From Zygnema circumcarinatum SAG 698-1b (taxonomy: Eukaryota > Plantae > Zygnematophyceae), in assembly GCA_037447605.1 (NCBI GenBank), contig CM074808.1, positions 3,906,001-3,970,000 on the forward strand: a DNA stretch of 64,000 nt. Direction: 5' to 3'. The notes under the pieces are model-generated. The model did no database searches. It was not told where the DNA came from and was given only the letters and a program-made list of their open reading frames with translations. Positions 24,502 to 36,000 of this stretch are shown here, piece after piece. Position 1 is the stretch's first letter. Every line of letters begins with the position of its first letter. Position numbers and translations under genes: made by a program.

Positions 24502-27500
24502 TCAAGAGCCGTTATTTTTCACTTGGTCTACATTAGGGAGCATGGAACCGTTCTTCCGTAGCCCAAAACCAAACGGAAACAACGGAGCGTAATTCGTTCC
24601 TCCCACACTCATGGGCAGCTGTGAAACTTTTCGAAACCAACTAACGGGCAGCCGCCCGGAAAAATCCTCCTGCCCAAAAAGACGGTCAGCCACGCCCTGT
24701 CCCTCGCTGCCCGGCAGCCACGCCATGACTAGCGCGTCAATCACGGGCAAAAGGTGAAAAATTTCCAGCGGCCTGCCCGCCACTAGCACCACCACGCAAG
24801 GCATCTTCGCACACACCCCAAAGATTGCGCTCTCGGCGGAGGCGTCCAATCGGAGCGCTTGGTCGTCGCCCGAAGATTCGGCGTACGGACGCTCCCCGAC
24901 AAAAACGATCCCGTAATCTGCGTCCTCATTGGTCGGCTGCTCGACAAACCGCACGTGCGAAATGCCACGTGTCAAGTTCAAAATTCCGTCCAGGATCGTG
25001 GTGCCCGTAGTGGTACGGCCCGGACCGCCCTGCCACGTCACCGTCCAGCCGCCGCATTGGAGGCCCAAATTGTCGGCATGGCTGCCCGCGACCAAAATGT
25101 TTCGGCCCGCGACGGGCAATGGAAAAACGGGGCCGCCGGGCTGCCCGAAAAATGGAAAATGGCGGGAAGTGTTGCCATTGGCTGCAAGGGCCGGCGGCGG
25201 AAACGCTCTGAGCTCGTTTTTCAGGAGGACGAGGGACGCGCCGACGGCCGCCATGGCCAGCGCGCGGTGCTCTCTGCAGCCGACGCGTGGCAGGAGCTCG
25301 CGGGCGGCGCAGGGCCTCTGGAAGAGGCCGAGGCGGCGCTTGACCCGCAGGATGCGTTGAACCGCGTCGTTGATCCGGGCGAGGGGGACGCGGCCGGATT
25401 CCACTTCCAGGATCAAGTTGGAGATGAAGTCGTGATAGGCTTCCGGAACCATGATCATGTCCAGGCCCGCGTTGATCGCCGTCCGCACCTGGTGGGTNNN
25501 NNNNNNNGGTTAGGAGGGGAGGGGAGGGGGGGAGGGGAGGGAGGTTAGGAGGGGAGGGAGGGGAGGGAGGAAAGGGAGGGAGGAAAGGGAGGGAGGGGCG
25601 GGAAGGGAGAGACGGGAGGTGTGTGAGGGAGGCTCGGGTGTGTGGGTTGAGAGAGGGAGAGATGCACGGAGGAATGGGTATGACGGAGAGAAGGGGGAAA
25701 GAGTGAGGGTGGGAAGAGGGAGGCAGAAGGAGGAGATAGGAGGGAGAGGGAGGAGGGAGAAGAGAGGATGGGGTGGGAGAGAGACTGCCCTTTCTATCTC
25801 ACCTGCGTTCCGTTATCACCAGGAAGCTGTTGAATTCCGTTCCAATCGGAGCTCACGAACCCCCGAAAGCCAAGCTCTTGCTTGAGGACTTGAGTCAACA
25901 AGTAATGATGGCCGTGGAGGTGGGCCCCACGCCACATGTGGTACCCCACCATGATTGTTTCAACGCCTCGGTCAATCGCCCTTTTGAACGGAGGGAGATG
26001 AATTTCCCTCAACTCATCTTCATCTATTTGTACATCCCCTCCATTGACCCCATTTTCCGTGGCCCCATCTCCTAAATAGTGTTTCGCTGCAGCAGCGACA
26101 AACACCTCTCCGGGAATGTGGGCTGCAGGATGGGACGAATTCGACGACCTTAACTGCAAAAAAGGTTCATGTTTGAAGTTATTATGGTTGAACTTCTTTA
26201 GGTTTTCGATGTTCTAGCTACTCACAGAGAATTGAACCCTTGCCTTTTCCCTCTCGTCCTCCCTCCTCTCCCTCTCAGTCCAAACCCTTACCTGCCAGCC
26301 GTCGATTTCGGTCGTCATTTCGCTCACCACCGTTGGATCTTCACTGAAGCTTTCATAGCACCGACCCCATTTGGGATTACGGCAAACGGAGAGGGCCGGC
26401 GCGAAGGCCCACCGAATACCCGTTGCTGCAACTTCCTGAAGTCAAATGGCTTTGACTTTTGTAAAGGTTTCAGAAATTTAGGGTTTGAAGGTCTATGGCA
26501 TCCTTTCACGTTTCAGAAAAACATACTTTTTAAAAGAATGAGAACTGACCTCAGCTGCCGCCGCCGCTATGGCACGTACTAATTCTGAATCCCGAGTGGC
26601 CCCCAACCCAACATGGTGCGGAAAAATGGTGGCTCCAACGACATTGTTGTGTCCATGTACTGCATCCACTCCGTAAATCAACGGAATCCGTAGCCGGCTA
26701 CGGAGAGCTCTCGCTTGAAAATTGTCAACCATGTCAGCCCAATCCGAGGGCTTGCTACCCCACGGAGGCCCTTCCCCTCCTCCACTACCGCCAGAGTTCC
26801 ATGAAACGAAGGTCAACTACATGTTTTACAGTTACAGTTAAGCGTGCAGTCAGTGAGAGAGTGTTTCCATGCTCTCTTTCAATGGGCGTGTTGGGGTTCG
26901 AGCTCTGAATGTTCATTGAAATGTGAGGAAATGATCTCAGAAGTCAGTAAGTCAACAAAGTCAAACAAGTCTTTGGTTGAAAACTGACCTCAAAACGGAG
27001 CCTGCGAAAAAGTTTGTGATGTCATTTCCAGACTCGAGCACGCTCGCGCCCATCATCGTCATTTGACCAATTTTCTCCGCGAGAGTCATATCTTCAACTC
27101 GAGGCACTGCAAGCGAAGGACTAGATAATATGGAAAGGCCTCAGGAAGCAGTTACAATATTACTGTAAGGATCGCATATATGATAGAAGAAACATGTCTT
27201 AGCAGTAAAGAAGAGCAGCTAGCCGTAGCTGCATCCATCTCTTTTACTATCTCCTCTCCCTCTCTCTCCTCCCACTCCCTTCTCCCCCTTAATCTTTCGC
27301 TCTCCCTTCAGAACAGATGCACATTTGTAGCCACGAAAAACTCCAAATTTCTAACCTGCATGCAGTTGCAGGCTTCTCGTAATCCCCCATTAACTCAATC
27401 TTTGAAGAGCAGCGTCAAGCATTTCAATGATCATTTCGAGTGTTTCTTTTTTTCTCCTCATTATGACAACATTCCTCTTATCCTTGTCTCTAAAATGAAT

Positions 27501-27857
27501 GTCGAGATTTTCCACGTTTGCTTATCTTCCCTTATTAACTTTGTATGTCCGAATTGCCGAAGAAACGTAAACTTTTTCATTAAAAACAAAGCTAGTTAAA
27601 TCATAATAGTTGAAATAATTAGTTGAAATTAACTAATTGAAACTCATCGCCTCACCTGGAATATTTTCAGCGGAGCATACGAGCAATTCTGGCTCGTCGC
27701 TGCCAGGTGGCACTTCATAACGAAGGAAAAAAGATCCGTACAGTGCAAGCAGCATTACCCCCACTACAGATAAAACAATAGGGGGGGAGCAGCGCACGCG
27801 CTGACACGTGTCACCAGGGGAGGGGGGAAGGAGAGGAGCTAAGCTCTCTTCAGTCAT
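24502..27857 (-). CDS. Glycoside hydrolase family 3 beta-glucosidase / exo-beta-glucanase
   Basis: Exons give [90 protein letters not shown] (nucleophile Asp), VGERPYAE (acid/base Glu), [13 protein letters not shown] and [12 protein letters not shown] at 27857. One exon start lies next to a 10-N gap. Confidence 0.95.
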
Positions 27858-29173
27858 GGCTGCCAAAGAATGACCTTGGACAGAGTGCCACGTGTCAGTT
27901 TTTGGAGACTTTCTGAGAGCAGAGAGTTAGCCCCTCCTCCCCTCTCCCGTGGCACGCCCTCTTTCCGACTCTATCCTCCAGCATTCTCCTCCTCTCTCTC
28001 TCCCTTTCCCTCTCTCTCCCCCTCTCTCCCGCTATCTCTGCCCCCCTCTTTCCCTCTCCCTCTCTCTCTCTCTCCCGCCCTCCTCTCTCTCTCTCTTCCC
28101 TTGTCCTTCCCTCTGCCCCTCCGCCCATCTCCCTCTCATCCCTCGCTCTGTCCTGCGAACAGGGCACATCGGGGAACGAACGATGTTGACTTTATCGCAA
28201 GCCAGTCGTCGGCATTTACTTGATAAAGTCATCATTTTCTGCTACCACTGACGGCATTCCCGCCGTCGATGTGAACAGAACGAGAGGCGGCGAATCCAGG
28301 CCGTCGATTCGATCGCGATTTCTCAATGAGGGTGCAATGCGCGGCTCGTACGGAGAGGTCACTTTCGGAATCAATCGGGCTCCACGGTCACAGTGTGAAC
28401 AGATCATTCTCTCCCTCTCCCTCCCTCTCCCTCTCCCTCTCGCTCTACCTCTCCCTCTGTCCCGTCTCCCTCACCCTTCCCCTCTCACTCTCCCCCTGCC
28501 TCTCCCTCTTCCCTCATCTCCTCTCCCTCTTCCTCACTCCCTCTCTCCCTCCCCTCCCCTTCCCTCTCCGTGTCTCCCTCCCTCCCTCCCTCCCAAGCCG
28601 TTGGCTCAGTACTCAAGTGGTGCACATGCGCAACATGGACACAACGCCCACACAGCAAAAGTCGTCCTTAGGGTAAAAGGAATATGCATGCCATTAACGA
28701 TCTTTCTACCGTTCTCTGTGCCTTAAAACCCCNNNNNNNNNNCCCCCCCCCCCCCCCCCCCCCCCAAGGAACCTTTCCAGGTTCATGCCTGGAAAGACAA
28801 TTTCGGACTCTTCCCCAACAACCTTAATTGCAAGTAAGAAACTTTTCCATGGTACAAAAGACCCTATTTATTACTCAAGCCGCTGCCGCTCGTTTGAGCA
28901 GTCCTTTGAAACCACTCTATACCTGCTAGAATCCAATGCACTAAAAGCACTTAAAAAACCACTTTTACATGCTAAGTAGATGCAATCAATGCCCATATAA
29001 AAACGACGCTTCGTCTCCATCATACAAAACTGAAAACTGCGCATCTCGGCCACCACCCTAAAGAAAGGAGGCCAAGAAATTCATTTTGAAGGCGTTCACA
29101 CCATCAAGCTCCGATCGGGTTCCCACACACAAAAAATAAAAATGACACAACGGCGACCCAGAAAGCGTTCACA

Positions 29174-32100
29174 CTACAAATCTGGATCCGTGTCACCCCC
29201 AACTATGTCTGGGAGGGGCCCATCCGAGTCGGACTCATGCCCTCCCAAGGGCCTCCCTCTTTGGCCCTGAACCCCCGAAAAGTCGCTTCTGTTGCTGATC
29301 ATGGAGGACATGAGAGCCCCCATGGATTGGTGCGATCCCAAGAGGTCCGAGAAGCTTCCTTTGTCCTGACCTGCAGCGAGAGGGGGAGGCCTTATCCCCC
29401 CTCCCTCCCCCCCCACCTCACCACTATGAAACGCTCTCCTCTCACTGCCTCCCGCAGCCAATCCCTGCGTGCCACCTGTCCTATTGCTCCTCTCAGCGAG
29501 CCCATCAAAGCTTGAAGTGGGCATGTTCTGCTGCTGATTTGCTCTCATAGCTTCCGAGTAATGAAGGGCCCCATGATGGCTCCCACCCGGAGCACCACTC
29601 GTTGAAACGGTAGCCATGGAGGCAGTCATAGCGGTAGTGATAGTGCTAGTCATAGGGGTAGACATAGCGGTAGTGGGAAGGAGAGAGAGAGCATTCATGG
29701 CCATGGGAGTGTCATTTTCCATAAGCATGGGAGCCATGGGGGCTAATCTTCCTCCTGGAACAGCGACAGGTGTCACGCTCTGAGGCCGCCTCCGTTTCCA
29801 CGATTCCGTTCTCATTAACAAGTCTTGCCTCCCTTGGCCTTGTGCTACACCCATCTCTCTCTCTCTCTCGCTCTCCCTCCCCCCTCCTCCCACTCCCCAC
29901 ATCTGCGCCGTCTCCTGCAAGGACCCTCCTAATTGCCTCTGATCCAAGCTGCCTTGAAGGGTGTGACTTATTGCGGATACAAGCCCTGCAGAAGTTAGTC
30001 CTGCAACCAATCCTGGGAGGAGAGATTCACTTGTTCCTTGATTTGTTCCCCCTCCTCCCCCCCCTACCACTCCCCCTACTCCTCCTCCCCCCATTAGCCC
30101 TACTGTCCCCCCTACCCCTACAAGTCCTCCCCCATTCGTATACCCCCCCCCCACTATGGGATCTCCCCCTCCCCCTCCCCCTCCCCACCCCCCATATCCA
30201 CCCATCAAGCTCCCAGCCATGGCTTCCCCTCCAAACACTCCCGCAGTGATGCTCCCTCCTCCCTCCCCCACATGGCCTGCTATGGCCCCTCCTGCGCCCC
30301 CCCCCATCCCATGCATGGGAGGGAGAAGCCCAGAATCTGTAGCCAAACTCTGCATTCTCTGCCTTACAAGCTCAGGCTCTATTCCTCTCTCACTCCCTCC
30401 CAAGAGAGAGGCTCCCACTTCGCCTCCTCCATCCCCCCCATCCATCGCAATGTCGGCCTCTTGATCCAGATCCAACGGCCCCAGATCCTCGAACAGCTGC
30501 AGATCCACTTCCGTCCATGGATCCTGATCCACCGCCAGATCCTGCAGCACTGCTGCGGGATCATTGGCCCCTGTGATGCGAGTGGATGCAGGGCCCGCCC
30601 CAAGAGGGTAATATTTGGAAGCTCCGTTTGGACTGATCTGGGAGGGGAGAGCAGATCCACCAAGAGCTGCTTCGCTACTGGACCCCCCCCGTTCTATGCT
30701 CGTAATGTGGGGGGCAAACGGAAGGCAACGGGGGTGTAACATGGGTTCTATGGCGAGGAGGGCGGTGCTGCACACATAGGAAAGCTCCGTTCCTGCGGCG
30801 CTTTTCCCTGTTTCCAGGCGAAGGAGAAATCCAAAAAGGAATGCAGAAGTTAAATGATTAGTTGTTATTAGTTATTAGTTAGTAAAGTTAATCAAGAAGT
30901 TAAGAAGCTTTGTCCTGATACGAAACCACACGCGATTTTGTGAAGGGTGGGAGGAGACGTGCAGGACTCAATGCTTTCAACCAACTTAAGATTGAGTAAA
31001 TCGAAAAGAGGAAAATAAGGGGAACGAGGTTCACATCCCTCCACATCAAGAAGTCAAGTTGAGTCAAAGTCAAAGTCAAAGTCAAGGTCAAGGTCAGCCC
31101 CAGTCAAGGCAAGTCAACTCACCGCGACGAAAGATCGAGAGTGCCTGTCCGAGATATGGCGGGCGGTGAGTGGAGGCTGCAAGTACGGAGGCAGAGAGGG
31201 CCCTGCAGGCTGCCAGCTGGAGGCGTGCCAGGTGGCGTTCTGAGGGGCTGCCACCTGGCATGCTGCTGCCCAGCCGGCCAATCACAGCCATGGCGGTCGT
31301 CACGATTGCGGAATCGACTTCCAGCCGCCATCTCTCCGGCAGCAGAGACCCGCCCTGAAGCTCCCCCAAGCATGGAAACGCAGTTCAGTTTCCGTAATTC
31401 AAGCTTTGCTTTGCTTGGAAATCATCTCCTTCATTTCTGGTTTTGACAGGAAATAGGGTTTTCTTTTTTTCTTCCCCAACTTTTTCTCTCAGAATCTGTA
31501 GGTCCATCTGTAGGAGTTTCGGAGTTCCAAAGTGTGACATTGTGAATGCAATATCTTGATATCAGAGACAAGCACGTTCCGAGATATTTGACACAGGATT
31601 TTCTAAAACCATTTAAGGGTTTCAAAAAGTTGGGGTTTTTTAAAAGTTTCTGGAAAGAGTCTGACCGCTATGAGCACAGCTTCCAGTGCTTCGAGAGCCG
31701 CGCATTCGAGCGCGGGATTCCGCGGTGCCTCCAATCGATCTCCGTCTCCCCCTCCCCCTCCCGCTGCCCCTCTCCCTCCCTCTCTCCCTCCCCCTCCCCC
31801 TCCCTGGGGAGCCTCCTTCCTCTTCCTGCTCTCCGCCATGGCTGCGCTGGCCAGGAAGGGGCTCGACCCCTTAGAGGCCGCCAGCTGCGCCTTGCGGGGG
31901 GAGAACCGCGTTCCATGCCCGCTCAGTTCCGAGAGCGCCTGACAAACCACGAGGGGCGCAAGGACAGACACCATTCCTGCAGAGGGAGAGAGGGAGGAAA
32001 CATGGAGGTTAGGGTTAGGGTTAGGTTTGGGGTTAGGGTTGGGGTTAGGATTGGGGTTAGGGTTGGGGTTAGGTTCGGGGTTAGGATTGGGGTTAGGTTC

Positions 32101-32326
32101 GGGGTTAGGATTGGGGTTAGGCTTGGGGTTAGGGTTGGGGTTCGGGTTGGGGTTAGGGTTGGGGTTAGGGTTGGGGTTAGGGTTGGGGTTAGGGTTGGGG
32201 TTATGGTTGGGGTTAGGGCTGGGGTTATGATTGGGGTTAGGGTTGGGGTTAGGGTTGGGGTTAGGGTTGGGGTTGGTGTACGGAGCCGGAGTACAGAGTC
32301 CATACTCTGACTAGCGCCGTGGTAGT

Positions 32327-32375
<49 letters not shown>

Positions 32376-33020
32376 TACACACAGACTTTTTCCCTTTCTC
32401 CCTTCCCCCCCACGCACCTGCTCCCATATAGAGGACGAGATGTCCGGCAATAGAGAAAAGCTGCATCCGGACTGCTACCGATGTGTGGGAGCGCTTAAAG
32501 CAGTCCCCTAAAAGCCGGGCAACATCCGATGCCAAAGGAAGAAGTTGGCTGCAAAAAAATAGAAAAAGAAAAAAAGATAGAACCACAGTGAGGAAAGCAT
32601 GTCACAACTTGACAACAACGGGACAGTGTCTTTCAGAAAGGGCTTTTGAATTGCAGGTCTACAAGCTGTAAAGTTGTCCCAACATATGAGCCGCAAGCCG
32701 AACTTGTTGAACACCTTCTTCTATCCTTTTCAACAGCATTCGCAAACAAAGCTTAAGGTGATAAAGCACATAAGGGCCCTGCCTGGGTCCTTACCAAATA
32801 AGGAAAAAGGCAAATACATAAATAGTTCGTTCGAACAGGTTCCATCAAAATCAAATAGTTCCAACAGGTGTTGGGGGTGGGGGTGGGGGGGGGGGGGGGA
32901 NNNNNNNNNNGGGGGGGGGGGGGGGAAGGAGAGGAAGAGGGGGATAGAGAGCACACGCGCGAGAGAGAGAGAGGGAGAGTGACAGTGAGAGAGCGGGCTA
33001 GAGAGAAGGAGAGAAAACAG

Positions 33021-33062
<42 letters not shown>

Positions 33063-36000
33063 AATACGTTCTCGCCGACTGCAGCAGGCCTAGCAGGAGG
33101 CGCAGAGCCGCCGCGTGCAGGGCTGGAAGCTGCGCGCAGAGAGCGACCTGGTGCTCCCTCTCCCTCTCCCTCCCTCTCTCTCCCGTGGGGCCCACCAGCG
33201 CGCCGTCCACTCGCAGCACCCTTGCCACAAGGGCCAAAGTGGCGGAACTCGCAAGGGGGGCCTGCAGCCACAGCGCATGGAAACCCTAATTCCGTCACCC
33301 ATCACGGAATCCGTCCACGCTCGGCAGTTTGGCCAACCCCTAAAGAGCGTCCGAAATGAAACTATCCGAGGAAGGCCTGGAAGTGGAGCCGAAGCCTTAG
33401 GGTTTGTGTTTGCTGGATTTCATTGTCTCTCAGGGCTTTAAAGGTTATGTGAGATTCTTAGAGTTGTATGAATACTTCAGCGTTACTGTATTGTAACGGT
33501 TTGTAGATCTTAGATTTTGCAGGAAAAAATTTAGGGCTGTAAAGCTTGAGGATCTACAAACTTGAGGAACTGCAGACTCGTAGGTTTTGCAGGACATGGA
33601 TTTGCAGACCTTGAGGAATTGTGCATGTTTCGAGTTTGCTTTTTTTTTAGGGTTTGTTTGCGAATATTTAGAGTTTGGAGTTTTACAGGGGCCGGGCAGG
33701 GCGTGGCGAGCAGGTGCTGCAGCGCCCCGAGGAGCGCCTCCGCCCCGAGGAGAATGTCGGTCCAGAAGCCCTTCTCGCCCCGCCGGGGCCGATCTGAGCC
33801 GTCCGGCATCCCCGCCAGCTGCGGAGGGCCGTCCGATCCCGGCACGTGCAGGCTCCCCGCTGCCGAGGCTGCGACTGACTCTGCAGAAACGGGGGGACAG
33901 CAGGGCTTAGGGTTCAGCATTAGGGTTCAGAGGTTAGGGTTCAGAGGTTAGGTTTCAGAGGTTAGGGTTCAGAGGTTAGGGGTTAGGGTTCAGGATTAGG
34001 GTTCAGAGGTTAGGGTTCAGAGGTTAGGGGTTAGGGTTCAGGATTAGGGTTCAGAGGTTAGGGTTCAGAGGTGAGGGGTTAGGGTTCAGGATTAGGTTCA
34101 GAGGTTAGAGATGGTGCGTGTGAGGGCGTCAAATGAAATGAAACGAAAGGGATCTTCATTCCTTGTCGTACCGTCTTCCATTCCTTTGAATGCGACGTCG
34201 AGCTCTGAATGAATGGCCAGCAGCAATCGACGGCAGAGGCTGCTCCACGTGGCAGGATCTCCTGTGAGGCGGGGCAGTAATGCGAAGCACCGGATGCATT
34301 TCTGCAGCCAGTATATTCATATAATTAAAAAAAAAAAACTTTCTGCAATCATCCGGCTTTAGGTCATGAAACTACCCTCCTTTTACAGTCGCTGAAGAAA
34401 TTTTGTTGGAATATATCTAGAAGAAAATAAGTTTGTTTTATTCTCTTGCTGAGTTGAAGCAGTTTAGGTGAAACGCTAAGAAAAGGAAAAGAACGGAGAA
34501 AGTGTTCAAAAGGAGGTCGTGTTCGAACCTGATGAATGTCTTCTGAATTCATAGGCGCAGTGAGGTGCTGTACGATCAGCTTCTCAATCTGAAAACCAGG
34601 AAAATGCTAGTTTTTTCAAAAACGATCAATGTTTCTGAACAATATTTCACATTTGAACATTATTCTAATGTAAAAAGTGGAATGCTCGAAAGGGAAGATC
34701 ATACAATGGCTGAATAATAAACTCACTGCATCTGCCTCCCTCTTGATTCCGCCTGGAAAAAAAGTCATCAGCGTTGCGAGAAGGTCCAGACCCTGCCCCT
34801 GCAGTTCACATGCACGCAGTCCAGAAAACCGTTAAACTGAATGGTTAACCAACCACTAGGTTCCACGTGCCACATGCGACCTGTCAGAGGCCATCAAAAA
34901 CTGTCTTCTCAGCTGAGAAAACCGAACTCCCAAGGTTGGATTTATGTTGTGTTTGTGTATGAGAGAGAGGAAGAGAGCGAGAGAGCGGGGGAAAGAACGG
35001 GGTAGAGAGGAGAGAAGGGGAGAGAGAGAGAGAGAATGAGAGAAAGAGCGGGAGGAACGAAGGGGAGGGGGAGGAGAGGGAGGACGAGAGAGAGAGAGAG
35101 AGAGAGTGATAGAGAGAGGAGATAACTTAGGGAGAGGGAGAGGGAGAGGGAGAGGGAGAGGGAGAGGGAGAGAGAGAGTTCGATGCACCCATACGTACCC
35201 ATGCAGATCGCGCCATGTCCTCCTGCAGCAGCAGCAGGAGGGGGCTCCACGCCTTCCCTGCAAGGGCGATCACTTCCTTCTTCACAGCCTGCTGCTGAAG
35301 GAGCTCTCCCAGTCTGCAAGAAAGACAAGAAAGAAAATAAAAAAGAGGAACGGATGAAAAGGACGCAGAAAGATAAAGGAAGGTCCCACGCACTCCTGTC
35401 TGACAGAACAGGACAGAAGAGAACAGACAAAACGCAGTTCCATGGGAGACTTTCTTGTTTCAGAGCAGGCCGTTAGTGCAGATTTGAAATTTGTTACATT
35501 CCAATGCTTAAAGTTTCAATTCTTCAATACCTGGAGAAATAGTCCGTTAGAGAAGCGCAAGCCGCCGAGCGAACAGGGAGCACATTCACAGTCGGCTGGT
35601 CATCTTTCCGCGACGGATCCTTATTTGCCACCTGCAAAAGTAAGCCCACAATAGAAAGCCTTAATTTCAAAAATTATCAAAATTCAGACTACGTTGAATA
35701 CTAGCGAAGAGCGAAGCTCTCAACTTTGTGCTCTTTCTCTGACTTTCCTTCATTTTTGGAGAAAGTTTCAAGCCCCCTACCTTGAGCAAGGATATGAGCT
35801 TTGGCCCCCACAATTCCCTAAAGTCAAGAAACCGCTGCCGGCTGCACTCTCGTGACGTCACTCCGAGCAGCGCCGCCCCCGCCCACGGCCTCTCCATCTG
35901 CAAAACTTGCAGAGAGTACCGATTTCGGTTTACTTTTCCACTGAAACGAGCTCAAAACCAGTACTTTTCAAAGCTCCAGCACGCGTAGACACCACTCCCC

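Noticed and set aside
28216-28726. ORFs upstream of GH3
   Set aside because: No recognisable homology and mostly CT-repeat derived; possibly UTR or promoter.
32007-32277. Chromosome end or CRISPR-like array
   Set aside because: The arrays are interstitial, degenerate and lie inside introns, with no unique spacers or cas genes.
31923-32450. ORFs encoding (GL)n, (VRVG)n and (TPTL)n
   Set aside because: Translations of the intronic telomere-variant array.
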